Assembly: GCA_043803105.1 (NCBI GenBank)
Contig: JAZDKJ010000012.1
Coordinates: 32,001-96,000, forward strand
Source of the DNA: Candidatus Woesearchaeota archaeon
Lineage (GTDB): Archaea; Nanobdellota; Nanobdellia; Woesearchaeales; JAZDKJ01
Length of the DNA stretch: 64,000 nt
Reading direction: 5' to 3'
Below the pieces are notes generated by a model, which did not search any database, was not told the origin of the DNA, and worked only from the letters and a program-made list of their open reading frames with translations. Made by a program: the position numbers and the translations under genes. Positions 28,067 to 36,426 of this stretch are shown here, piece after piece (positions within the stretch are counted from its first letter, which is position 1; the number at the start of each line of letters is the position of its first letter).

Positions 28067-28682
28067 TTATGCGAGAAAGGCAGCAGCCATTGGAGCTGCA
28101 AAGAGCGTGGTTAAGGCTCGCTTGCTGTCTGCTGGTTGGCCAGAGCAGGATGTTTCAAGAGCGATCTCTTCAGCGTATTCAAAAAAGCATAAGCTTATGT
28201 TGCCCTTGCTAATGCTCCTTTTGCTTTGCCTTGCTTTGGTTGTCTTGTTTTACAATACCCAGACCTCCGCTTCATCGATCATGCTAAATTTTCAGGTGCC
28301 AAAATCTGTCTACAAGGTTGGAGAACCTTTTTCCGGATCATTGAGCTTCCATCATTCCTTCTTAACCTTTAGGTCTGTGCTCTTGCTGTCTTACCAAGAG
28401 CAGGACTTCCCTTCAAACTCCACTCTAACGGCATCTGTTGTTGAACCCTTAAGCTTTCGCGACCAGTCGTTACCTCTTGCTGCGTTTTCCTTGCATGATA
28501 ATGCCTTGGAGTTCTCTGATTCATTTGCTAGGCGCGGGATGTATTCATTTTATGTCTCTGTTTTTTCGTGTGCGGTGCTGGAAAAGAAGCTGCATAAGTC
28601 ATGCAGTGAAATAACAAAGGAAGACATAAGCACGTTATTGCCGCTGCTCACTAGCATGGTAAAGGTTGTCGTTGTAAGTTAG
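28044..28682 (+). CDS. Single-pass membrane protein with N-terminal SAGWPE module
   Basis: YARKAAAIG...LLSAGWPEQDV, one TM helix, beta-rich exterior domain. Confidence 0.6.
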   Translation: MTDKTILDYARKAAAIGAAKSVVKARLLSAGWPEQDVSRAISSAYSKKHKLMLPLLMLLLLCLALVVLFYNTQTSASSIMLNFQVPKSVYKVGEPFSGSLSFHHSFLTFRSVLLLSYQEQDFPSNSTLTASVVEPLSFRDQSLPLAAFSLHDNALEFSDSFARRGMYSFYVSVFSCAVLEKKLHKSCSEITKEDISTLLPLLTSMVKVVVVS

Positions 28683-28688
28683 AAGTAA

Positions 28689-28895
28689 TGCGGGGAGTAG
28701 GATTTTCATGCTGACTTGCAATCTTGAACCCACGTAGGCACTAAGCCAATAGATGGCCCACAGAGCATTTCATCGGCGTTAGCCTCATCACTCGATGACT
28801 TGAGTTTGGATTTTTCGTACCCACATACCGAAAAACTATCCCGTTTGGCTTAGACCGACCAAGGTCGGTCTATTTGGCCACTCCGGCATCCCCGC
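28689..28895 (-). tRNA. tRNA-Leu(CAA) with four introns
   Basis: Exons 28895-28874, 28844-28836, 28805-28799, 28754-28723 and 28702-28689 join into an 84-nt cloverleaf: GCGGGGA...ATAGA-CTCAAGA-TCTAT...GTGGG-TTCAAGT-CCTAC-TCCCCGC-A. Confidence 0.9.
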
Positions 28896-29002
28896 AAACT
28901 TGAGTTTTGTGGGCCTTAGACAATGTCTGATTTGCCCGCAAATGCCCTTCAGATTTTATCTGGTGAGCACGCACAAAAAGAATGGTTGTATGTTTATAAA
29001 TC

Positions 29003-29362
29003 TTATTTAAGCCTCTCAAGTTTGCTCTCGAGTTCAAGCAGCTCTTGCTCTAGTTTGTCTATTGCTGAGCTGTTGTTCACGCTTTGCTTGACAGGTATTG
29101 TCCTGGCAACCTCGACCGGTTTTGGGAGTGATTTGAGGTTTGCTTTCGGGATTGCTGCCCTTAGTCTTGTGTTGAGCATGTTAATCTCTTCAAATAGCCT
29201 TTTCAGTTTGGCAACAAGCTCTCCCTTTTCTGCCCGCCTTGACTTGTTTGTTTCGTACAGTCGCAGGTTGTGTATTATGTCTTTTGAGCAGCCAAGTATG
29301 GATCGTCTCATCTGGACAGGCTCTTGAATTCCCACAAAGAATATCTCTTTTTGCTCGTTCAT
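29003..29362 (-). CDS. Hypothetical coiled-coil protein
   Basis: FFVGIQEP...; C-terminal IDKLEQELLELESKLERL. Confidence 0.7.
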   Translation of the reverse strand: MNEQKEIFFVGIQEPVQMRRSILGCSKDIIHNLRLYETNKSRRAEKGELVAKLKRLFEEINMLNTRLRAAIPKANLKSLPKPVEVARTIPVKQSVNNSSAIDKLEQELLELESKLERLK

Positions 29363-29364
29363 CT

Positions 29365-29604
29365 TCAGAATGGCTCGGTCTCAAAAAGTGTCTTGTCTAT
29401 ATAGCTGATCTTTCTCTCGATTTCGTCAAGCTGTGTTTTCCATTGCTCAAGGGTGGCGTCCTCTTCATTCTTTATCTCGCTCAATCTGCCCATGACAGAT
29501 CTGGTCTCTGCAATCTTCGTCTTTAGAAGGCCCATAAGATCAAGTATGTCTTTGTATTCATCTATCCTAACAAAGATTGGCATTTCTTTTCTTGTCTCCA
29601 TCAT
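29365..29604 (-). CDS. Small coiled-coil protein (PIFVRIDEY family)
   Basis: Paralogous to the C-terminal half of 29611..30129. Confidence 0.75.
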   Translation of the reverse strand: MMETRKEMPIFVRIDEYKDILDLMGLLKTKIAETRSVMGRLSEIKNEEDATLEQWKTQLDEIERKISYIDKTLFETEPF

Positions 29605-29610
29605 GCACCC

Positions 29611-30129
29611 CTAGCTTGACACGATCCTGTCCACGTACATGAGCTTTCGCTGCATGTCCTCGAGCTCAAGCCTCCATTTCTCGAATTCCTTGTCCTCCTC
29701 GTTCTTGAGTTCATTCATCCTGACTACTATATCGCTTGCCTCTTTCAGGTTGTTTCTGATTTCGGCTGCTCCATCGATTATTTCCCTATAATCATCCACC
29801 CTCACGAAAAGTGGTTTTTGCATCCCGATTGCCTTGAGTATCCTTTCCCTTGAGATTTCTGGTTGTGCTGCCTCTGTCACCCTCGGTTTTATTAGGTGTT
29901 CTATAGGTATCTCGATTTTCTCTGGTTGCATCAAAACTTCTGGTTTTGGTGAGAATGCCTCTGGCTGTGGTATGGGTAATGGTTCATGCCTTTGTGTCTC
30001 CACTTTAGGTCTTGCCTTTGGATAAACTGGTGGCGGGGGCAGATCTAGGTCATCCACTGCAGGTATCTCAGGCAAGGTAATCTCTGAGTTAGAAGCCTGC
30101 TCCCTACCAAACAACCCTAAAAAACCCAT
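29611..30129 (-). CDS. Pro-rich coiled-coil protein (PLFVRVDDY family)
   Basis: MGFLGLFG amphipathic start, Pro-rich linker, KNEEDKEFEKW coiled coil. Confidence 0.75.
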   Translation of the reverse strand: MGFLGLFGREQASNSEITLPEIPAVDDLDLPPPPVYPKARPKVETQRHEPLPIPQPEAFSPKPEVLMQPEKIEIPIEHLIKPRVTEAAQPEISRERILKAIGMQKPLFVRVDDYREIIDGAAEIRNNLKEASDIVVRMNELKNEEDKEFEKWRLELEDMQRKLMYVDRIVSS

Positions 30130-30423
30130 CTCATCACCCCTTTGCTTGGCTTTCTATTGGCTTGCCATATTAAAAGTTTTTGTGAGTATTTTTAGATAGT
30201 GAAAATATTTCTTGCACACTTTTATACTCCCTTGGCTATCCTGTATTTTGAAGAGATATTGACAGAAAATGATTATTGTATCATGATAAACCTTATAAAC
30301 TACCTTCAATACTACAATTTCAGTTGTTGGCGTGTCGCCTCAAATTTTTATCGCACTCCTCAAGTTTTTTTGGCGACCAGCGTTCATTTTGACAGAACTT
30401 ACATTCATAAAAAAGGGTGAGTC

Positions 30424-30684
30424 TTGGGCGGGGATTTGGCATTCGGAAGGTTTGCTGACTCTCCGCCTCTCTCTTTTCTTTCTGATTATTTTGCCTCCAG
30501 GAATATTGACTTGGTTGTGAACATTCCAAAAACCTTTAATAGGGAGGAGCTTACCAACGATTATCAGATTCGGAGGTTGGCTGTCGATTTTGGTGTTTTC
30601 CTAATAACCAATGCAGAGAATGCAAAGTTGTTCTTTGAGTCTCTTGCCGAGTATTCGATTGACAGCCTTGAGATTAAGTCTTGA
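30424..30684 (+). pseudogene. carB: C-terminal (MGS domain) fragment of carbamoyl-phosphate synthase large subunit
   Basis: IDLVVNIP...ELTNDYQIRRLAVDFGVFLITN matches the CarB/CAD MGS end; the rest of the gene is absent. Confidence 0.7.
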
Positions 30685-30695
30685 GATGAATTCAA

Positions 30696-31637
30696 ATGAG
30701 CATTTTCATTGGTAATGGGATGGTTTTCACTAACGGCAGGCTCGAAAGGCTGAACCTTGTGATTGATGATAGAGTAATTTCCGACCTCACAACAGACCGC
30801 GTCACCTGTGAGCGCTACATTGATGCCAGGGGCAAGCTTATTCTTCCTGGAGTGATATGCTCCCACGTTCTCCACGATTTTTCCTCTGCTGCGGAAAATG
30901 GGGTTACTACAGTCCTTGCTGCCGAGGATTCTCTTTTGAATGATCATGTCAATTATGGGTTTCATTCAGATTCTTTGGAAATGCCAGCTGCCTCTGTTCT
31001 TATGGATATTTGTGATCCCTTAAAGTCTGGGCCTTCAAAACTTGTCTCAATCAGGTCAGACAATTTTTCCACTTTCTTCCCTATCCTGAAAAATACCAAG
31101 AACCGTATCTACCTTCGCGGCATGGGCACTGCCGATCTCTCGCTTCTAAGGAAGTATATGAAAGGAAAGGTCTTTGCCGAATTGTCTCTTGATGCCCTTA
31201 ATTCAGAGGACTCATGGAAATCACTCGAGCGTGTAGATACATTGTCTGCAGACCCGGGTTTTTTTGGTTTGCAGTTCTTGCTTGATTCTGTCAACAAGAA
31301 GCGTCTGAGCCTAGAGAAGGCAGTCTCTCTCTTGTCAGAAAGCCCTGCCTCGATATTTGGTCTTGTTGGCAAGGGCTTCTTGCGCAAGGGTTTTGACGCT
31401 GATTTGGTCTTGGTTGACATGTTTCCATCTTTGCAGGTTGCTAACACTAGAAGCCACTTTAATGGCTTGCTCCTGAAGGGCTGGCCTGTTATGACTATAG
31501 TCAATGGCAAGGTTGCTTTCGAGGATAAGGCCTTGTTTGGCCATTGTGGCAGGCCTGTTTCATACAGGTGGGACCACTTGGAAGAGGAAAATGAATCTAT
31601 TGAAGAATTGTCTGCCGAGGAGCCTCAGCCGAAATAG
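30696..31637 (+). CDS. pyrC: Degenerate dihydroorotase-like amidohydrolase
   Basis: IDARGKLILPG, AAENGVTTV, SESPASIFGL...KGFDADLVLVD, GWPVMTIVNG. DxHxH is altered to CSHVL and the barrel is shortened. Confidence 0.7.
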   Translation: MSIFIGNGMVFTNGRLERLNLVIDDRVISDLTTDRVTCERYIDARGKLILPGVICSHVLHDFSSAAENGVTTVLAAEDSLLNDHVNYGFHSDSLEMPAASVLMDICDPLKSGPSKLVSIRSDNFSTFFPILKNTKNRIYLRGMGTADLSLLRKYMKGKVFAELSLDALNSEDSWKSLERVDTLSADPGFFGLQFLLDSVNKKRLSLEKAVSLLSESPASIFGLVGKGFLRKGFDADLVLVDMFPSLQVANTRSHFNGLLLKGWPVMTIVNGKVAFEDKALFGHCGRPVSYRWDHLEEENESIEELSAEEPQPK

Positions 31638-31978
31638 GCTGGCTTGACAGTTGGGCCTTCTTTGAATTCTTTTTCCCGTGCTTTCTTGCCAGGCTTCTTG
31701 ATTTGGCCATACATCTTTTCGTGTTGCTTTATCCTTTCTGCCAGGAGTTCATGCAGCACCTTTGCCAGTGGTGCACTCATTATTATTGCATTATGCCTTA
31801 TTGTGATTGATGTTTGCTGTTCTGCTGATTCCAAAGACATTGGGTCAAATCTTGGAGAGGTCTGCTTAAAGTCGAATACAAACCTCTCTTCATTATCTGC
31901 AATTGTGATTGAATCAGTGAAAAAGGCATCCCCATGGTTAACACTGACGTTCACGCTTTTCTGTTTATCCATTTGCAT
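31625..31978 (-). CDS. DUF3467-like hypothetical protein
   Basis: AFFTDSITI...FVFDFKQ...IIMSAPLAKVLHELL...HEKMYGQI pattern. Confidence 0.6.
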   Translation of the reverse strand: MQMDKQKSVNVSVNHGDAFFTDSITIADNEERFVFDFKQTSPRFDPMSLESAEQQTSITIRHNAIIMSAPLAKVLHELLAERIKQHEKMYGQIKKPGKKAREKEFKEGPTVKPAYFG

Positions 31979-32087
31979 CACCCCTGGCTCGATAAGTCCC
32001 ATAGGTTTAAAAAGTTTGTGTCGATGAATCATTGTTTTCTGACGCTGTTTCGATACATTTTTAAATTATGTAAAATCTTGTCTGTCC

Positions 32088-32666
32088 ATGGCTAAAGTTA
32101 ATGATAACCCAGGCCAGGTTCTGGCTAGGTTGATTGTCGAAATGATCGGTACTCCCAAGGATCACCTGGAGCATACTCTTACAGATTTTATTAAGATGCT
32201 CAAGGATGATTCTGAACTTAAGGTTGTTGCCGAGGATTATGCAGAGCCGGTAGAGAAAGGTAAGATGTTCAGCACTTTTGTTGAGTTGGAAATCTGGTTT
32301 AAGAACGTACCGCGTTTGCTCAATTTCTGTTTTGAGGCAATGCCCTCAAGCGTCGAGATACTTGAGCCTGTTTCTTTAGGGTTGAACGCAGGCGAGTTTT
32401 CTGGTTACCTGAATGACTTGCAGGCAAGGCTTCATACTGTTGATATGGCGATAAAAGAGCTTGAAGCCAAGAAGATGATTCTTGAGCGCAATGCTGAGGC
32501 TTTGTTAAAGAACCTCATCACCTTGTCTGTGAAGGATTCTCCCAAGGAGTTGAGTGTTCTTTCTGATGATGTTGGGATTAACACCGAGGATCTTAAGCCC
32601 TTGGTGGATCATCTTGTTGATAAGGGTTATCTCAAAAATTCCGATGGTGTTTATAGCCGAGCGTGA
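32088..32666 (+). CDS. Conserved archaeal protein with C-terminal winged helix
   Basis: IVEMIGTPK...FSTFVELE...MPSSVEILEP; translationally coupled to scpB. Confidence 0.7.
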   Translation: MAKVNDNPGQVLARLIVEMIGTPKDHLEHTLTDFIKMLKDDSELKVVAEDYAEPVEKGKMFSTFVELEIWFKNVPRLLNFCFEAMPSSVEILEPVSLGLNAGEFSGYLNDLQARLHTVDMAIKELEAKKMILERNAEALLKNLITLSVKDSPKELSVLSDDVGINTEDLKPLVDHLVDKGYLKNSDGVYSRA

Positions 32667-33694
32667 CGATGTCTGAAGAGCTTATATCAAAGGTTGAAAG
32701 CGTCCTGTTCTCCTCTGGAAGGAGCATGCAGGTGGATGAGCTTGCTAAGCTTTGCAGTTCTTCGCACGAGCAAGTGCGCAAAGCACTCGTGGAATTGAAA
32801 AAACATTATGATGAGAAGAATGGATCTCTCATGTGTGTAGATGAAGGCAATTCTTGGAAGCTTGCCGTTCGTGAGAGGTTCCTTCCTATAGTCCAGAAGA
32901 TTGTAACCAATACTGAGCTTCCCAAGAGTGTCATTGAGACACTTGCAGTTATAGCCTTCAAGCATCCTATACTCCAGTCCGAAGTGGTCAAGATTAGGAC
33001 CAACAAGGCTTATGAACATTTGGAAACCCTTGAGGCCTCTGGCTATATCACAAGAGAGAAGCATGGTAGGACAAGAAAGGTCAAGCTTGCCCAGAAGTTT
33101 TTCGATTATTTTGATCTCCCGCCTGGAAGGGAAAAGGAGGCCTTTGCTGGTTTTGATAAGGTTGAAAGGGCGATAAGAGAGCACGAGCTTGCTGTTGAAA
33201 AGCTGCAGCCCAAGCATGCAAAGACTGCGGTCTTGGAGGTATACGAGACCTCTGAGGAAAATGTGAATTCTGAAGAAAAAAATCCTGACGAAAACACTGA
33301 TAGCAACCTTGATAGCAACCTTGATAGCAACCTTGATGACAGTCTTGCCCGTGAGGAAATCCAACTTCCCGCTACTGATTCTGAACCTAAAGACAGAGAG
33401 CCAGAACCAGAAATCTTGTACGCAGATGAGGTTAATGATTCCAAGATTAGCATTTTTCTTGGTAATAAGGAGACTGAGTCTGAACCTGAAGAGTTGCCTG
33501 GTGAGTCAGTTCACGAAGATTCTGATGATGATTCTCCTGAAGGCCGTATTTCGAGGATTATTGAGAGGAAGGCCGACGCTATATTTCATCCTAAGGATGA
33601 GAAAAAAAAGGAAGACTCCAAGGGCTCGCTCAATGATATCTATGAAGAGATAGAAAAGGATAAGAAAGAGCTGGAAAAGAAGGATGACCTCTAA
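32663..33694 (+). CDS. scpB: SMC-ScpAB complex subunit ScpB with acidic C-terminal tail
   Basis: VESVLFSSG, ETLAVIAFKHPILQSEVVKIR, KFFDYFDL. Confidence 0.9.
   Translation: MTMSEELISKVESVLFSSGRSMQVDELAKLCSSSHEQVRKALVELKKHYDEKNGSLMCVDEGNSWKLAVRERFLPIVQKIVTNTELPKSVIETLAVIAFKHPILQSEVVKIRTNKAYEHLETLEASGYITREKHGRTRKVKLAQKFFDYFDLPPGREKEAFAGFDKVERAIREHELAVEKLQPKHAKTAVLEVYETSEENVNSEEKNPDENTDSNLDSNLDSNLDDSLAREEIQLPATDSEPKDREPEPEILYADEVNDSKISIFLGNKETESEPEELPGESVHEDSDDDSPEGRISRIIERKADAIFHPKDEKKKEDSKGSLNDIYEEIEKDKKELEKKDDL
33299..33334 (+). repeat. In-frame 12-bp tandem repeat x3 (DSNL)
   Basis: gatagcaacctt repeated three times within the scpB tail. Confidence 0.9.
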
Positions 33695-33836
33695 GTTCTA
33701 TCTTTTGCGCTGCCCATTCTGTAAGAACTGCATGAAGTATCATTCAGACAATATAAGCAAAAAAAGGAAAGCCTGTGTCTATTGCGGCAAGTCTTTTGCA
33801 GTATTGCCTTCAATTATTAAGAAGATAGATAGTTGA
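33684..33836 (+). CDS. Small Zn-ribbon protein (50 aa, below ORF-track cutoff)
   Basis: MTSKFYLLRCPFCKNCMKY...KRKACVYCGKSF; overlaps the scpB stop. Confidence 0.7.
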   Translation: MTSKFYLLRCPFCKNCMKYHSDNISKKRKACVYCGKSFAVLPSIIKKIDS

Positions 33837-33965
33837 ATGTCACATTATTTTCTATATAGAAAATAATCATGCGATAATTCGTAGATTTTTCGCATATCTG
33901 TGCTTTTTTACCGACGACAAAACACCACCAAAAGGCTTATAAAAGGACAAAAATTCTGTCTTACC

Positions 33966-36401
33966 ATGGAAGACGTTGTAAATCCAGAGCGTATAGTGCA
34001 AAAGGAAATAGAAGATGAGATGAGGCAGAGCTATCTGGATTATTCTATGTCTGTTATTGTGGGAAGGGCGCTTCCAGATGTTCGCGACGGCTTAAAGCCC
34101 GTGCATCGGAGGATTCTTTTTGCCATGTATGACCTTGGCATGCTCCACAACAAGCCTTTCAAGAAGTGTGCAAGGATTGTTGGTGAGGTTCTTGGTAAAT
34201 ATCATCCCCACGGAGATATTGCAGTTTATGATGCCTTGGTGAGGATGGTCCAGGATTTCTCGCTAAGGTATCCCCTGATTATTGGCCAGGGCAACTTTGG
34301 CAGTATTGACGGTGACAATGCTGCTGCTAGGAGATATACCGAGGCCAAGCTTCATGAACTGTCTGAGGAACTTTTGAAGGACATTGAAAAGGATACAGTT
34401 CTCTTCAATCCTAATTTTGACAATACCTTAAAAGAGCCTGTTGTGCTTCCGTCAAGGCTTCCAAATCTTCTGGTTAACGGCAGTTCTGGGATTGCTGTTG
34501 GCATGGCAACCAATATCCCGCCGCATAACCTGCGTGAAGTCTGCTTGGCAGTCAATGCTTTTGTCGATGATCCAACAATCAGCTCTGCGAAACTGCAGGA
34601 GCATCTGTTGGGTCCTGATTTTCCTACTGGTGGGATTATCTGCGGCACTTCCGGGATAAGGGAAGCTTATCATACTGGCAAGGGAAAGGTTACTGTGCGC
34701 TCAAAGACCTCAATTGAGAGGAAGGGCAATCATGACAACATTATAGTTAACGAAATCCCTTACATGGTGAACAAGGCGATGCTAATCGAGCAGATTGCAG
34801 AACTTGTCAAGGAGAAGACCATAAGTGGCATTGACGATTTGAGGGATGAGTCTGACAGGGAGGGTATTAGGGTCGTCATCGAATTGAAGCCAGGAGCTAA
34901 CTCAGAGGTTGTCTTAAACCAATTATTTGTTCACTCTCGTCTTGAGTCCACATTTGGCATCATCATGCTTGCACTTGTCGATAACCAGCCTAAGGTCCTC
35001 AACCTTGCAGAACTTATTCAGTACTTTGTTTCCCACAGGCAGTCTGTTGTTAGGAGAAGGACTACATTTGACCTCGAAAAGGCAAAGGAAAAAGCGCATC
35101 TGCTTGAGGGAATAATCATTGCCTTGAACAATATCGATGAGATCATCCAGAAGATTAAGCGGTCCAAGGATACGGTTTCTGCAATGGCTATCCTTTCGCG
35201 TGACTATAATTTATCAGAAAAGCAGTCTAAGGCTATACTTGAGATGCGCCTGCAGAGGCTCTCCTCACTTGAGCAGCAGAAGGTCAGAGACGAGCATTCT
35301 TCTTTGATCAAACTCATTGCTGAGCTTGCAGCCATCCTTGCTGACGAATCAAGGATCCTTGCCATAATACGGCAGGAAACCTCTGACCTCCTGCAAAAAT
35401 ATTCTGATGCGCGGCGCACCCAGATTTTGGAGATTGAGACAGACACAGGGCTTGAAGACCTCATAAAGCCCGAAGAGGTTATTGTGACCATGACTCACTT
35501 AGGTTATGTCAAGCGGCAGCCAATTGATGTCTACAGGCAGCAGCGTCGTGGCGGCCGCGGCATCATCGCAGCCTCTGCTCATGAGGAAGACTTTATTGAG
35601 GAAATTTTTACAGCAAATACCCACGATTATATCCTGCTTTTCACAAACCATGGCCAGGTACACTGGCTTAAGGTCTATTCACTGCCTGACGCATCAAGGA
35701 TTGCAAAAGGCACTGCTGTGGCCAATCTCTTGAGCCTGGGCACGGATGAGAAGGTCACAGCATTTGTTCCTGTGCATACCTTTGATAGTGGTTTTCTTTT
35801 CATGTGCACAAAGAAAGGTATTGTCAAAAAGACTGCTCTTGAGTTGTTCTCCAGACCCAGGCGGGGAGGAATTATTGCTCTCACACTTGACGATAATGAT
35901 GAGCTCATTGGTGTTCGCTTGACTGATGGCAATAAGCAGATAATCCTTGCAACGCGTAATGGGCTTGCAGCAAGATTCTTAGAAAATGATGTAAGGGACA
36001 TTGGAAGGACTGGCAGGGGCGTTCGCGGAATTAGGTTAAAGAATGATGATTGTGTTGTAAGTCTTGTTGTTGCTGATGATTCATTGTCTTTGCTCTCAAT
36101 TACCGAGAACGGTTATGGCAAGCGTACAACGGTGCCCGAATACCGTCTTATTGGTCGTGGTGGAAGTGGTGTGATAAACATCCAGTGTTCAGATCGGAAT
36201 GGAAAGGTTGTCTCAGTTATCCCGGTTTCAGACAACGAGGAACTGATGCTCATTAGCGAAAAGGGCATTGCCATCAGGATGCCTGTTGGGACCATTTCTA
36301 AAATTGGTAGGAACACTCAAGGTGTGCGCTTGATGAAACTCGAACAAGACGACCTCGTAGTTTCTGCGACAAAGACTCTTCCGGAAAACAACAGCGTTTA
36401 A
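33966..36401 (+). CDS. gyrA: DNA gyrase subunit A
   Basis: RALPDVRDGLKPVHRR, YHPHGD, RYTEA, GyrA box QRRGGRG, C-terminal pinwheel repeats. Confidence 0.97.
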   Translation: MEDVVNPERIVQKEIEDEMRQSYLDYSMSVIVGRALPDVRDGLKPVHRRILFAMYDLGMLHNKPFKKCARIVGEVLGKYHPHGDIAVYDALVRMVQDFSLRYPLIIGQGNFGSIDGDNAAARRYTEAKLHELSEELLKDIEKDTVLFNPNFDNTLKEPVVLPSRLPNLLVNGSSGIAVGMATNIPPHNLREVCLAVNAFVDDPTISSAKLQEHLLGPDFPTGGIICGTSGIREAYHTGKGKVTVRSKTSIERKGNHDNIIVNEIPYMVNKAMLIEQIAELVKEKTISGIDDLRDESDREGIRVVIELKPGANSEVVLNQLFVHSRLESTFGIIMLALVDNQPKVLNLAELIQYFVSHRQSVVRRRTTFDLEKAKEKAHLLEGIIIALNNIDEIIQKIKRSKDTVSAMAILSRDYNLSEKQSKAILEMRLQRLSSLEQQKVRDEHSSLIKLIAELAAILADESRILAIIRQETSDLLQKYSDARRTQILEIETDTGLEDLIKPEEVIVTMTHLGYVKRQPIDVYRQQRRGGRGIIAASAHEEDFIEEIFTANTHDYILLFTNHGQVHWLKVYSLPDASRIAKGTAVANLLSLGTDEKVTAFVPVHTFDSGFLFMCTKKGIVKKTALELFSRPRRGGIIALTLDDNDELIGVRLTDGNKQIILATRNGLAARFLENDVRDIGRTGRGVRGIRLKNDDCVVSLVVADDSLSLLSITENGYGKRTTVPEYRLIGRGGSGVINIQCSDRNGKVVSVIPVSDNEELMLISEKGIAIRMPVGTISKIGRNTQGVRLMKLEQDDLVVSATKTLPENNSV

Positions 36402-36426
36402 ATACTGATTCTCCTTTGTTATTTTT

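Noticed and set aside
28755-28798. Box C/D guide RNA or nested fifth intron inside intron 3 (contains AGTGATGA)
   Set aside because: No CTGA D box and no convincing second BHB; left unclaimed.
32687-33364. 225-aa antisense ORF with a KVAI repeat
   Set aside because: Shadow of scpB and its 12-bp repeat.
33966-36401. Intein in GyrA (also checked RadA)
   Set aside because: Lengths are normal and the motifs are continuous; no intein signatures.
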